DNA of 64,000 nucleotides from Octopus vulgaris. Taxonomy: Eukaryota. The stretch lies in NCBI GenBank assembly GCA_951406725.2, contig OX597822.1, positions 86,862,001-86,926,000 on the forward strand, written 5' to 3'. The position numbers and the translations under genes were made by a program. Each line of letters starts with the position of its first letter. The first letter of the stretch is position 1. The notes beneath the pieces are model-generated. The model was not told the DNA's origin. It saw nothing but the letters and a program-made list of their open reading frames with translations, and did no database searches. Of this stretch, positions 1 to 13,457 are shown piece by piece.

Positions 1-48
1 TTGTTCACCTTTTCTTCTTTCTCTTCAATTCTGTTGTCATCAGGACAT

Positions 49-279
49 GCGAGCTGGCAGAAACGTTAGCACGCCGGGCGAAATGCTTAGCGGTATTTCG
101 TCTGCGTTACGTTGTGAGTTCAAATTCCGCCGAGGTCGACTTTGCCTTTCATCCTTTCGGGGTCGATAAATTAAGTACCAGTTACGCACTGGGGTCGATG
201 TAATCGACTTAATACCTATGTCTGTCCTTGTTTGTCCCCTCTGTGTTTAGCCCCTTGTGGGTAATAAAGAAATAGGTAT
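49..279 (+). mobile_element. tRNA-derived SINE, family A (Meta-core-like)
   Basis: Head GCGAGCTGGCAGAAACGTTAGC, B-box GAGTTCAAATTCC, core GCCTTTCATCCTTTCGGGGTCGATAAATTAAGTACCAG; near-identical reverse copies at 46557 and 52179. Confidence 0.9.
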
Positions 280-967
280 GTTTTTTTTCCTGTTCACTAC
301 AGCAATGTCAGGTTTTCGCTGTTTAAACTGTTGGTCACACTGAACCATTGCATCCCGCAGGATTTTGTTATCCTCATTCTCATCAGTTTCGTCAATGAGA
401 GTTTCGGTTGTTTAATCAACTGAAAAACATTGAAATGTCAGCACATGCGCCCTACGATCCGACGGCGTTACTCACAGCTCCAAAGAAAATGCATGATTTA
501 CACAAGTCTAGCTGGAGAATTTTTTCCTGCGACTATTCCTACAGTGTAAGGCCTTACCACAATCGAATGCACTCAAACGTGTTAAAGGTGCTTTTACGCA
601 TAAAATGATTGATTTACCCATTTTAAATACAATGTCTGCAGAACTGGTCCCTTGTTTTATAGATGTCGTCCATCCGACAAGAATATACGACAATTTCCGA
701 TTACACTCTTTTCGCTGACAAGGCACGAGATAACCGGTGGATTATAGTAAAAAACCAAGGCGTTTACAATGTGGGATGGAACACGGGACAACACTGTTAA
801 AAAACGAACTTCATAACCATTTGGTCACGGCAGGCACTGTATGAATATGATACAAATAGGAATTAAAGGAAAATAAACAACAACCAAATTGAATCAGAAT
901 CGATCCCAAATTCTTCGTTAATCTCGATAAGCTGCCGAATCCTACGAATATGCGTGCTTTTAGCGAT

Positions 968-1070
968 TACATACATACGTACGTACGTACGTACGTACAC
1001 ACTCATGCATGCATACATACATCTTTATGCGCGCACACAAGTGTGTGTCTTGTTTCATTTTATGTCCAGT

Positions 1071-1141
<71 letters not shown>

Positions 1142-1160
1142 CGCACGCGCGCGTACACAG
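968..1160. repeat. (TACG)n/(CA)n microsatellite cluster
   Basis: Direct reading; explains the HT/VC-repeat ORFs. Confidence 0.95.
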
Positions 1161-1794
1161 ACACATTATTCTGTTTTTCTTTTTATTTAATATTGTGTGA
1201 ACTAAATAGAGAAGAATTTCTTGTTAAAAGTGGCACAAGTTATCAGGTTTGACGAGATGAACCCAGTGAAAATGAGATGAGTCGAAAACAGTGACAGCAG
1301 CCGACACACGTGAAAAGAATAGAAAGAAAGAAAGAGAGACAGAAAGGGTGGGGTGAGTGAGGCTGGGGGAAGGGGAATTAGGAAATTAAGGAGAAAAATA
1401 TATGAAAACAAAGCAAAAATTGAGGAAAGTAACCCCCCCAAAATAAAAGAAAGAGGGAATTAGGTGAGTTGGTGTGAGTGTAGAGGGAGGTGGTAGAAAA
1501 TGAGAGATAGTTTGCATTTTTATATTCTCTCATCTGCCTTATTGCCTACTGAGTTGATTGTGTTGTCTCTTTAGTGGCGATGCTACACAACAGCTGCCGA
1601 ACATACGAACACTGCTCTTTGCTTTGCACTAGATGGCCCCGGGCCTGGCTGTTTTTCCATTTCCCGGCCCACAGAAACAAATACTATGTACTGGCATTTT
1701 AAAAAAATTATTATTTGCGAATGTTCATGAAATGCGCACGCGCGAGTGTAAATATATACGCGCATACATTCATATACATACATATATGCATTCA

Positions 1795-2135
<341 letters not shown>

Positions 2136-2149
2136 CAGTCCAGAATCCC

Positions 2150-2990
2150 TTTGATGCTAATCTTCTACAAAAAGATTTGAATGTTTTATATACACGGGAC
2201 GAAGAAAACAACAAGCAGTTTAAATTAGAAAATTTATAAAACCTTCGGCTGTCGACCAGTTACTGCCAAGACACTGCAACCAATTTACTTCAAAGCAGAA
2301 GGAACGGCAATCCCAGAGCCAAACTCAGTGCGTGTCCTGGAGATTGGTATGAGCAACGATACTTCGTTTTATGTACACATCACCAAAATAGTGGCAATGT
2401 GCAGGTAAATGACCGGATGGATTCTGAGAACTTTCAGAACAAGAGACCAGAAAACTGTGTTAATCCTTTGGAGGGCGTTAGCCAGCTGCCCGGACTACTG
2501 CCTCATCTATAATCTTCCCACCGTGCCAAATTAATAGCGGAACCAGAAGCAATCCAGCGGTAGTGCACCAAGAAGATTGCTACAATGTGACAGTTGAGCT
2601 GCTGGGAGATGCTGAAAGAATTACGACTCTACTCTCTGGAGCGAAGACAAAGGTTATGCAGCGATATACATATGGAAGATTCTAGAGGGTCTGGCACCGA
2701 ACTTTGGCACTGAGAGTTGTACGTGACCCAAAACAGGACGCCATTGCAGTGTTCCAAAGGTCCCACCCATCCTGTCTAGTGTAAGGACCAGTTACTGCAA
2801 TAGCTTAGTATTCAAAAGCCCACAGCTATTCAATAGCTTGCCAAAAATACCTAGAATCTATATGCAATGGAGATATATGTTTTCAAGAAGCAACTCGATC
2901 ATCTGCTGTCCAAGATCCCAGATGAACCTATGTCGCTCTAAGAATCTCAAAAGAGAATTGCAATATCAAACTCACCTCCTTCATCAGGAG
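2150..2990 (+). mobile_element. Decayed CR1-group LINE, RT C-terminal/3' fragment
   Basis: Translates with stops and frameshifts to DANLLQKDLNVLY..EENNKQF, MSNDTSFYVHITKIV, MTGWILRTFRTRD, typical CR1-group RT thumb region. Confidence 0.8.
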
Positions 2991-3597
2991 TCAACCTCAT
3001 GGGAATGACCATTGAAAAGGTGATGAAAAAAGTGATGCCCGATCATGGCTATAGCGTTTGGGCTGGAGCACACACACATATGTATACATTTGTGTAAATT
3101 CTCCACCTGGTGCGTGGATATAAAGGAAGACCGTGGTTAAGGCTAACATGTAATCCCGGAATCTTGTGATTCCGGGAAGGTGGAGAGTATGTATAAAAAT
3201 TGATCAAATGAGAGAAGTGAGAGGGTAAATGTTTGTTCCATTAGTTGACAGCGGTTTTATAATCGATGTTAGTTACATAAGTAATGTTACACCATCACAC
3301 ATACGCACACGCACACACACATGCACGCACAGACATACACAGAGAACACTTACGACTCTACTGTTCCCAATAAATTAAATGGTGTATATCTGTGTTTGCG
3401 TATGTCTTGTCTAGGTTTTGTGTTTGAAAGAGTGTGTATGTGTTTTGGAATTTGTCTGTGTGCTTGTGTGTCTGCGTTTACAATTAAATGTATGTGTTTT
3501 ATATAACGCGTGCGTCTTGTTAACGTGTGTAACGAATGTGTGTGTTTACGTATTTCTTTGACTGAGCGTTTCTGCGCGCATGCTCGTCATTAGATGC

Positions 3598-3857
3598 ATC
3601 GTAAAGAACCCCTTCGGTCATGACTGACCATCGGATTGCACCTAGAAATTTCACCCTCCAGCACAAGTCCGGGCAAGGTTGTTTATGGAAACCCAGCAGT
3701 CGCTCATGTATACCAGCCTCGCCTTTCCACGCCACCGATGTTATCCAAGGAAAGGCAACGGGACCGATACAGCTTGGTGCCAATGACGTGGCAACTCATT
3801 TCTACAGCTGAGTGAACTGGAGCAACGCATGGCTCTAACCACTGAGCCATGTGCCAG
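3598..3857 (-). mobile_element. tRNA-derived SINE, family C (CORE-like), internally deleted
   Basis: Reverse head GCACATGGCTCAGTGGTTAGAGC joined to TTGCTCCAGTTCACTCAGCTGTAGAAATGAGTTG core shared with 28035-28332. Confidence 0.75.
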
Positions 3858-4889
3858 ATGTGTCAGTGTTTCCTATTATGCATGTTGTCAATGTGTCAAT
3901 GAATTAGTCTGTCCGTCCGTCCATCTGTCTGTCTTGGTGATTTTTTTTATCTGTATCTTATTTGCGTATTCGCTTTCGATGTGTATGTGTGTGTTCAAAA
4001 TCACCGAGTTGTTTCTGCTTTTACGATACTTTTTAGTTACGTAGTACCTAATTTCTTTTTCACTGAGTTCTTTCAAGTGATGTTTCAGTAGCAAACCGAT
4101 GTAGAAGATCCAAGTTTCTGTTTAAATTCGAAAAGAAAAGTGAAAGGAGCCGTCTATATTCGTGTGTGTGCAAAACACTTTAATCGATCACTTCTCGTAA
4201 GACTATGAACAAAAACGTGGGTTTTCATTCTGAGCTTTTCGTGTGGCTTCAAGACAAATAGGAACAATACTGAACTAATACTTTCATTTATTGAAGCTTG
4301 CCGCTCAAGAAAACGCAGTCTTGAAATGACTTTTCTGAATATTTCTAAAGCATTTGATTCAGTAAACAAAGAAGTAATTCAAAATGTCTTAAATTCCTAT
4401 GAAGCATCGAATCCATTCATAAACGATATTACATAATCTGCAGAATATTTGAATTCAGAATCTGTTTATCTGTTTGAGTGTTTCTGAAATTTTGCGTAAA
4501 ACCGAATAATGTAGCGAAAAATATTTTGACTATTGCACTCCTCAGCACAAACCCCTTTTGCTTAAAATCACTTTCTATGACCTAATACTTGTATATTTTA
4601 TCAACACATAATATAGATTTCTTCCATTCATGGAAGAAAAAACAATGCTTGCAGACACAAATACACAGGCCTACATATGAAAACACACATACAAACTCAT
4701 GATACGCACGCACACACTGTAAGTAAACCATAATACTGCTGTGTTCGTGCGGTATCCATCTTGTGAAAGCATCTCCAGTTGACGTATGGTGCTAAAAGGC
4801 ACAGAAACATTAATATCAGACGGGAAGTGTCCAGCAACGTTGGTGGAATTGCTAAATCCTGGGATTCCTGCGTTTTTGTACGTCATTGG

Positions 4890-5275
4890 TGCTAAGTATC
4901 CACTATCGACTGGATAATATCCTTCTTTAGTGTTTCTGATACGCTGCATTTTCTCTGGCTTTCTCAAGATTGCTTGCAACGCTCTGGTTATAATCTCACT
5001 GCTCTTCCCTCTGTGCTACGACTCACTCCTACCTTGCGGGGTCTATCCTTGCCTGAATGAACTGATGTTTCAGATGGACTTTAAAATGTTCCCAGGTGTG
5101 GCGTAACTCTGTCTTTTTCGTTCTGGCTGAGCTCACAATAGAACACGGCATTCGTCATTCTGGATTGAGCTATGCATGAGACGTGCCCATCTTAGCCATT
5201 CGAACAGCAACCTGGTTTCAGCGCTCAGGATGTTGGCCTGCTGGAAGACTTCAATGGTGATGTGTTCCTACCATG
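4890..5275 (-). mobile_element. RTE-clade LINE 3' fragment
   Basis: Minus translation EHITIEVFQQANILSAETRLLFEWLRWARL..VFYCELSQ matches the RTE QLRWxGHVxRM / FYGEL region. Confidence 0.7.
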
Positions 5276-5284
5276 AGATGTGTA

Positions 5285-5326
<42 letters not shown>

Positions 5327-5426
5327 CGTGCGTGCGAGCGTGTGTAAAAGATCTTAGCACATTTCTCGTTCCTATTGTCACTATTTTTAAAAACCCTTTG
5401 CACAAACGTAGGGTGAGCGTTTACGA

Positions 5427-5464
<38 letters not shown>

Positions 5465-5691
5465 GAAAGAGAGAGAGAGAAAGAGAGAAAAAAGAATAAG
5501 AGAATGAGATAACTAAAGATGCAGTGATGCCACATACTCTTCATATTCTTCCTTCTCTTCCTTTTCGTGTGTAACTCTCCATAATACAATCACCTTCGTC
5601 CTTTTGCGTGTTTAACTCCAAATTTTACTCAGTTTCCAATTTCTTATAATTCTGTGTCTTACTTTGTGTCTCTTTCCTTCTCTTTCTCTCT

Positions 5692-5730
<39 letters not shown>

Positions 5731-6849
5731 TCATCAATTCCACTATTTCCGTTTCTCTCTTTTACCTTTCCACCACTCTCTCTTTATTTCCCTTTCTCTC
5801 TCATACTTTCTATTCGTATTTTTCTACTCTCATTCTTATCAGCACCAACGTAAATGCAAGTGCCTTTGCTACCACCACTGCCATTAACTACCAACTGCGT
5901 CTCTCTTCTTACTTTATAGTTTAGCGTTAAATAAAAGCTAGATTAGAACGTAGTCCTGCATTAATTTACAGATGATTTATCACGCTTCTAAAACATACTT
6001 TGCGTCCTAGTTTTCGAATACAATCAATACCTATGTAACAAGTCCATTTAAGTTCTGTGACTTTACAAGAATGTTGTATTTCTGAGTCTATAATTTTTTG
6101 AAGTGATCATAGCCAGATTCGATCATGGAACCAATTCGACATCCGCTATCAGTTCTGGGACTCCAAAATATAGTCTGATGAGAAGAATTTTGTCGTGTAT
6201 TATTAAGCAAGTAGAAGTATCAGGATGCGAAGCCAGGAAGCTGTTGCATCCATTCTACATCATTTAGAAATCTAATAAACTGAAGCAGTCGACTTAGCTG
6301 CATCGCAACATTAATGTTCAAGAGAAATTTAGATGTCAAAACCCTGCTTCATATACATTAAAATGTTTGCAATTTAATAAAATGCAAATGATTTTAATAA
6401 AATTATGATGCAATAATCAGTTTTCTCAGATATATTTTAAGTAAACATCTTTTGTGCATATATTATGGAACCATATCCTTCCTGTCTGTTTGTTATTTCC
6501 TCTTTAATGAGAATATAGTTTAAATAATTCTACACTCCTTTGACTCCAGAAGATTCTATATGGAATAAAGTTATCATCTAAATAGATATTCAATTTCAAT
6601 ACAGGCTTAGTATCATAATTTCCGGTCGAGGCCAATTGTCCTTCTCAGAGTTTCTTGTTTTTTTAGTATTAAATGAAGGTTTATAATCTTTAAGAATACA
6701 TATAAAAGTAATTTTATATCAAGTGTTTCATAAATTTTAATAACAGTAAAATAAATTAGGTGCGGTCGCAGCTGGTTTAATTGTCATTTTCTGTGCAAGT
6801 ATCATTAGCGAATCAAAACAGCCATGTAAACTAATACTCGGCCAACAAA

Positions 6850-7537
6850 AAATTTTGTCCATGCGTTTTCCTAACACACGGTTTTCATTTATCAATTCAA
6901 GTCTCTTCTATTCTCTCTCTACGCTTCAAATTCGTTAGTGTTTTGATTCTCTCTTTTCTGTTGCTAAGTGTGTAAAGAGGTACGCAAGAATGGGACCACA
7001 CTTTTAATTGTCCAGTATTCATCATATTCAAGTATACTACTAACAGAATTGCTTAGGGATTCTCTTGTGGCCTTATCGAATATTTGTGAATAGATTTAGT
7101 ACTTGCACTTAGTTGGATATCTTCAGGGATAGATGTGTACTTTCAGGTGTTGAAGGTACACATTTATCCCTGAAGATATCCGACTAAATGTGGTTTTGTT
7201 ACATCTAAAATAGCTCGAATGCTGATAATTCAAACCTAAAGCTGGATTGAAACATATGTAGGATTTTGGGGGTTATTTTTTTGGTTATTTCTTTGGTTAT
7301 TTTCTTTGTTGATCCAGTCCCTTTATATCCTGAATCTTATATGTATTACTTTTTCACTGTGATACAAATAAATTTAACCAAGTATTCAATATATTTTTTC
7401 TCCATTTTCTTTTAACTTTACACATTATTGGACCGTTAATCATATGTTGTGGAACCTTCTTTCAATATATTTGATAACACAAGTTGGTATCCGGATTTTT
7501 ATACATAATCCCTTACGAGGAAATTAAATCCTCATTA

Positions 7538-7589
<52 letters not shown>

Positions 7590-7770
7590 CACACATCGAT
7601 TTTAATCACAGTACGTCCATAATAGATCTTATTACCGGACGAATATCGTAATAAACTTACCTTCACGATGTATTTACATTAAATATGATACACAGAAGGC
7701 TATCTTAATCTAATACTGCGTCTGTTGCATATAACATAGTAATTGAGAATATTATCCACACATTTAGTAA
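6850..7770 (-). mobile_element. Heavily decayed Penelope-like element remnant (tentative)
   Basis: Weak peptide resemblance (RKNILNTWLN; KIYYGRT as a GIY-YIG-like piece), CTGAAGA-containing fold-back at 7109-7187, adjacent (TA)n. Confidence 0.3.
7109..7187 (+). repeat. 37-bp-stem hairpin, 5-nt loop
   Basis: TTAGTTGGATATCTTCAGGGATAGATGTGTACTTTCA / TGAAGGTACACATTTATCCCTGAAGATATCCGACTAA; three mismatches, all G-T on + strand. Confidence 0.9.
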
Positions 7771-7780
7771 TTTCGTCCAA

Positions 7781-8178
7781 GGCGCAGGAGTGGCTGTGTG
7801 GTAAGTAGCTTGCTAACCAACCACATGGTTCCGGGTTCAGTCCCACTGCGTGGCATCTTGGGCAAGTGTCTTCTACTATAGCCCCGGGCCGACCAATGCC
7901 TTGTGAGTGGATTTGGTAGACGGAAACTGAAAGAAGCCTGTCGTATATATGTATATATATGTGTGTGTGTGTGTTTGTGTTTTTCCCCCTAGCATTGCTT
8001 GACAACCGATGCTGGTGTGTTTACGTCCCCGTCACTTAGCGGTTCGGCAAAAGAGACCGATAGAATAAGTACTGGGCTTACAAAGAATAAGTCCCGGGGT
8101 TGATTTGCTCGACTAACGGCGGTGCTCCAGCATGGCCGCAGTCAAATGACTGAAACAAGTAAGTAAAGTAAAGTAAAG
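7781..8178 (+). mobile_element. tRNA-derived SINE, family B, full length
   Basis: A-box GTGGCTGTGTGGTAAG, B-box GGTTCAGTCCC, internal (TA)/(GT) tract, (GTAAA)n tail; copies at 8444, 24309, 27577, 59625. Confidence 0.92.
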
Positions 8179-8289
8179 ATATCTACAGCAATGAATATAA
8201 CAATTCCACTTGATTTTTTGATATTATCCTGGAACCAATTTCTAATTCATGTAAATCTTTTACAAAACAAAAACTAAAACTCTTTGTTA

Positions 8290-8885
8290 CACAGGACCAC
8301 GTCACTTTCTTCAACAATATCAATTAAAGGGTTTCCAATGAGGAAGAGTATGCTAAGCGAGCGCTAGCTAATGAATTCAAAGAGAAAATTACCCTCTCAC
8401 CTATCGCACTGCATCACAAAATCAAAGAAAAGACGCCATAATATACTCTTTTATTCTTTTACTCTTTTCAGTCATTTGACTGTGGCCATGCTGGAGCACC
8501 GCCTTTAGTCGAGCAAATTGACCCCGGAACTTATTCTTTGTAAGCCTGGTACTTATTCTATTGGTCTCTTTTGCCGAACCGCTAAGTTACGGGGACGTAA
8601 ACACACCAGCATCGGTTGTCAAGCGATGTTGGGGGAGCAAACACAGTCACACAAACATATGCACACGCATACATATATACGACGGACTTCTTTCAGTTTC
8701 CGTCTACCAAATCCACTTACAAGGCTTTGGTCGGCCCGAGACTATAGTAGAAGACACTTGCCCAAGGTTCCACGCAGTGGGACTGAACCCGGAACCATAT
8801 GATATATCGCTTAAATCTAACATCGCAAAATATGTTCTAAATTTAATCGATGAGCATTTCCTTGCCAGCCATAAAAGCTTTTTGT
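8290..8885 (+). mobile_element. Penelope-like element fragment split by a SINE
   Basis: 8805-8880 reads SLKSNIAKYVLNLIDEHFLASHK, resembling the PLE linker motif KTNIGKxFLxLIDKHFP; SNEEE..FKEKIT upstream of the SINE. Confidence 0.55.
8444..8798 (-). mobile_element. SINE family B, 5'-truncated
   Basis: Reverse complement of the 7781-8178 copy. Confidence 0.92.
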
Positions 8886-8891
8886 AAAATT

Positions 8892-9083
8892 TCAGTGCTG
8901 TTAGATAACATCTTCACCATTTATGTATTATGATTACTCATGGTGTCTATATAAGAAGACATTTAATCAGTAATTTCGACTTCTTAACTAAGAAGTCGAA
9001 ATTACTGATTAAATGTCTTCTTATATAGACACCATGAGTAATCATAATACATAAATGGTGATGATGTTATCTAACAGCACTGA
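8892..9083. repeat. Near-perfect palindrome, 95-bp arms, 2-nt spacer
   Basis: Arms 8892-8986 and 8989-9083, one mismatch seen. Confidence 0.95.
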
Positions 9084-10423
9084 TTTTTATTAACTAAATA
9101 TCATGTACTAAATTTCCCTTTCGTATAATTTCGTATAAGTAAACAACAGAATTATGGACTTAAAGACATAAAATACAGCGTGTTCTAATGCTTCTGATAA
9201 CTCTCAACATTTGTTAACCTTGATTTACTAAATATCTAATCCTTTCTATATATCAAGTAAACTCCTCTGTTGTTTCCGTGGCGAATAAGGAATAAATCGA
9301 CTGCTGTTGCCTTTCAGATCTAAGGCGGTTTCCGACAGAGTAGTTTTCCGATCAGTAATTTATAGGTTTTTTTTTATTTTCGGAAAAGACTTAAAAGTAA
9401 GATCAAAAATGTGGAGATCAAACTGATAAACAATAGAAGTGAAAAAGAAAAGGAGAAAAGAAGAATAAAAGAAAGACCAAGAAAATTACAAGATGGAGAA
9501 ATAATAAAAAATAATAGAAGTACTAGTATAGATATCAATATATGTACTGCTGTGAGTATGAGCTCACGGACTCATGCCTTCATTCAAGGCCCCCACTTGA
9601 TAATATGTTCTGTATATAACAAATACACAGATTTAAAAAGAAACCAAATCTATTTGTTAGTGTCACTGAATCCCATATCACATTGGCTTGTGGCACAATT
9701 AAGAACTCAGTACTCTAGCAAACTAGCGAGACAGTTGTTCATTATGTCCATTGGTATTGATACGGCAATTTTCGTTGTTCTTGTTTGTGCAAGGGCCTAC
9801 AGTCATTTGAGAGTTAAGTGTTCAATCAACGGCTATAACACAACACCGGTGACTTAATAGGAACTGTGGATCATTTCGCTCGTCACCCAGCTTCTATATC
9901 AAGATTGGAAGCTATAAACAAAAACAAACTAGATTCGTTTGCGTACATCACAAACAGCTGAAAAAATGTAAAAAGAAAAAAACAGGAAGAACACGAACGC
10001 CCCTCACCCAACCACCCAACCAACAAATTGAAAGCGACCACAGAAGTAACAGCAATAGATTGCCGCAACGAAGTCTATAGACTTCTCTGTGGTAATGTAG
10101 GTTAGAGTTTAAAGAACGGCGGGGATGGTGGCTGATATCGGAAGTTCAATAACACCAATTGTAGATCTTTTAAAGTAGAATAATACTTGGAGAGTTAGCG
10201 TAATTCTTTTAGTATTTATGAAAACTGGGTTAATATGCATTGAATTTTTTTTGTAATGTTTAATAGGTCTGCTTGTAGATTACTCAAATATCCGTGTGAG
10301 TGGCTGACAGCTTCCAGTTTTCTCCCGCTTGGAAAGCCAAAGAAAGTTTGCTTGGCTTGTTTTGTAAGTACATATATACATACATAACGTATGTATGTAT
10401 GTATGTATGTATGTATGTATGTA

Positions 10424-10467
<44 letters not shown>

Positions 10468-10954
10468 CGCGCGCGTGTGCGTGTGCGTTCGTGCGTGCGT
10501 GTGTGTGTGTGTGTTGACGTGCTGATGCAGACCGCAATAGTCTCTTGAGATTCTAGTGATGTTAATTTCTTTATGCTAAACTCGTTCTTATGACTAATTA
10601 ATCCGTAATTTGGGAAATTAAAATGTGGTTGGTCAAGACGATAGGGGCTCCGATCAACCCAGTCGAAAGGTTCGGGTTTCGTATCCAGCTATTGGCTTTG
10701 AGACTTAACTCTCAAAATACCAACAACATTCGTAAATGAATAACAAAGTTCTGCTGTTAACTTGACAACTATTTATTGTTATTGTTGTTAATCCCTGAAT
10801 GCAACAGACCTTTATTCAAAAACATTCCAGTCACGGCTATACCAGTTTTTTTCCTCACTAATAGGGTATTCCTAGAATACATTATCCAATGCGCCCTTTT
10901 TAAAGACATATGTGGATCCATACGATGTTTATATGTAACAATATTTATAGTTCT

Positions 10955-11075
10955 ACGACAACCACTTCTGTTTCCAGAGATATGGCAAGGAACCGAATCC
11001 TGCTGCCACACATAAGGCTTTCCAGTAGCAACCCTTTCCAGCCCGGATTTGACTGCAGTCTCCAATAGCTGCACA
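10955..11075 (-). mobile_element. Tc1/mariner-superfamily transposase fragment
   Basis: LLETAVKSGLERVATGKPYVWQQDSVPCH contains the QQDxAPxH second catalytic Asp motif. Confidence 0.75.
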
Positions 11076-12579
11076 TCAAAAGGTATTCCTTTCCGTTTTC
11101 CATTCAGCCACAGTGTAAACTCTGAGTAACACACGGTGCAGCATATATGAGGTACCCACCTCTTGTCTTGGTCCCCAACTTTACACCCGAAATAATATTT
11201 CTAGGCAGTTTTTAATTTGGTGGCAATTTTCTACCGCTGGTCATGTGGAGCAATTTTTCCACAGACATAACAAAAGTTGTCTGGGTGATGCACACTGCCT
11301 CGCCTATTCATGATTCAACACAATGAAAGCAGTTAAAACAGTAATCACGCAGAGCGAGAGATACACATAGCACACGTGATGGCAGGGAAAACGACACTGA
11401 GAATCACCAAGAACAAACTCACGTATTTGGCGCTTGCACACAAAGCTTCAGCGCCATCTATTGCTAAACTAAATAATGAACTTTCGCATTGTTTGTTTTA
11501 TTGCTGTTATTTCTTTAATTTTGAATTAAAACCGCTTGCATTTTAGCAAATATTATAATACAGCCTATATCTAGCCGAAAGTATAATTATAATCTTGTGC
11601 ATGTGCATAACTCAAAATCCTGATGTGCTAGAACAATTCTGAGTGCGGATTCGGAACCAGCATCCTCTATTTAGTCTAAACCACATGCTTTTAATCCAGT
11701 AGCAAAATCTTTATTGTCCAGATTGCCTATAATACTTTCTTAGTTTTAGGATGCATAATTATTCGCTTACACCAACACCGCTTTCCTGTCAATGTGTTGA
11801 GCACTTTCTATATTTGACTCATCCTGTTCTTTCCCTATTATTTCTTTTCCTTTATCCTCCCGCCTCTCACTCCTCTGGTATTTCGAGAAAACTTCACTGA
11901 ACTACAGTTTTCTTTAAGTTATTCTCCTTGAATTATAATTACCTAATTCTCCGTTGATTAAAGCTAATATTCTATTAGTTATGTAATAATTAATCAAAGC
12001 ACTTTTATTAAGATTAATTAAGTGTATAAGTAACGCTGGAATTTATTAACCAGGCCAATCTTTATTGCAGATAGCTTCAAAACAATATAACACTGTAAAT
12101 GTATTTTTTTTTATGGATAGGCTCAGCGGCTGTTCTTTGAACATATTTTGATAGGATCCAATGTCATGCTTGGCACCTGCTATCCGCCAGTATACAAACA
12201 TGTTCTATCATTACAAGTCTTGATAAACAAGGTTGTTAAGTTTGACATCGTTGGAATAGAAATATCTTTAACTGTTCTTTAATTTACAACACCTCTCTGC
12301 TCTCCACCCTTGTTGATTGTCTGGTTGTAGTCCCACCTGCTTTACATTTCTTAGATGTTGTTAATTCAGATTAGAAAATCCACTTCTTGACGATCTGCTC
12401 ATTAATGAAAATGTCATGGGTTGCTTGTTTATTTGGTTAACCTGATGAGTTGAGATGTGTGCAACATATTACGTAACCTTATGGGTATTGTGCATACAGC
12501 ATACCTCACTGAACTGTACAATAAAGACACTTAACGAAACAATTGTAGCTATACCAGATAACCCATTCGTCTGTTTTTA

Positions 12580-12618
<39 letters not shown>

Positions 12619-12625
12619 TGTACAT

Positions 12626-12674
<49 letters not shown>

Positions 12675-13457
12675 ATACAAGTACAATCGAGCAACAAGAA
12701 ACTGGGTTTATATTCTCGACTTGAAGAGAGCCGACATTTTGCTTTTAGGCGTCCAATACTTAAACTAATATTATCACCGTTTTTGAGTATCAACTTTAAT
12801 CGATGTGACTAAAGCTCGGGGTAGTCTTTATTCTTTTCACAATGTTTTATTTAAGTTATCAAAACTTAAACATTGTTTCTGGAGAGAGAAGACAACACCT
12901 GATCTTCAATAAATATAGCAAAAACAAAATAAAGAAAAGAAAAATAAAGAAAAGAACTGCACCCAGTCAAATATTGATTGTTTCTCTGATGAGTTGCTTG
13001 CCATAGGATAATATATATTCTGCTGTAGAATCCTTACAAACATTAGCAACATAAATATGGTTGCCCATCATTTTCCTTTTGTCATAAAATTTCGATACAC
13101 ATTGATGAAATACAAAAGAGTGAATGCTTGCACGAACCATACGCGTCACCATTACCGGTTATTAGCTTAGGTTTCGATAGTTAAGTTGATGAAACAAAAA
13201 GCAATTTCTCCTTGGGAACCAAGCTGCGTATTCGAAAGTGATATGTCTACTTCTCAAAAGCTTCTTGAATTCAAATATATAAAATGTGTCCTTTTGCAAG
13301 AAGACAGAACGAGATAAAGAAGTTATGAACGTACTCTTCATGAACAAAAATAATTTTGTTTTTAGTCCAATAGTTATGACAAGGTTATGACAGCAGTTCA
13401 ATATATGGAATGATAGTTTTCATTACGTAGTAATATATGTCTAACCGCGAACTTCGT

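Noticed and set aside
4030-4600. Minus-strand protein-like stretch with an acceptor-like pyrimidine tract
   Set aside because: Frames are interrupted by stops and no family is recognised; likely an unclassified TE relic
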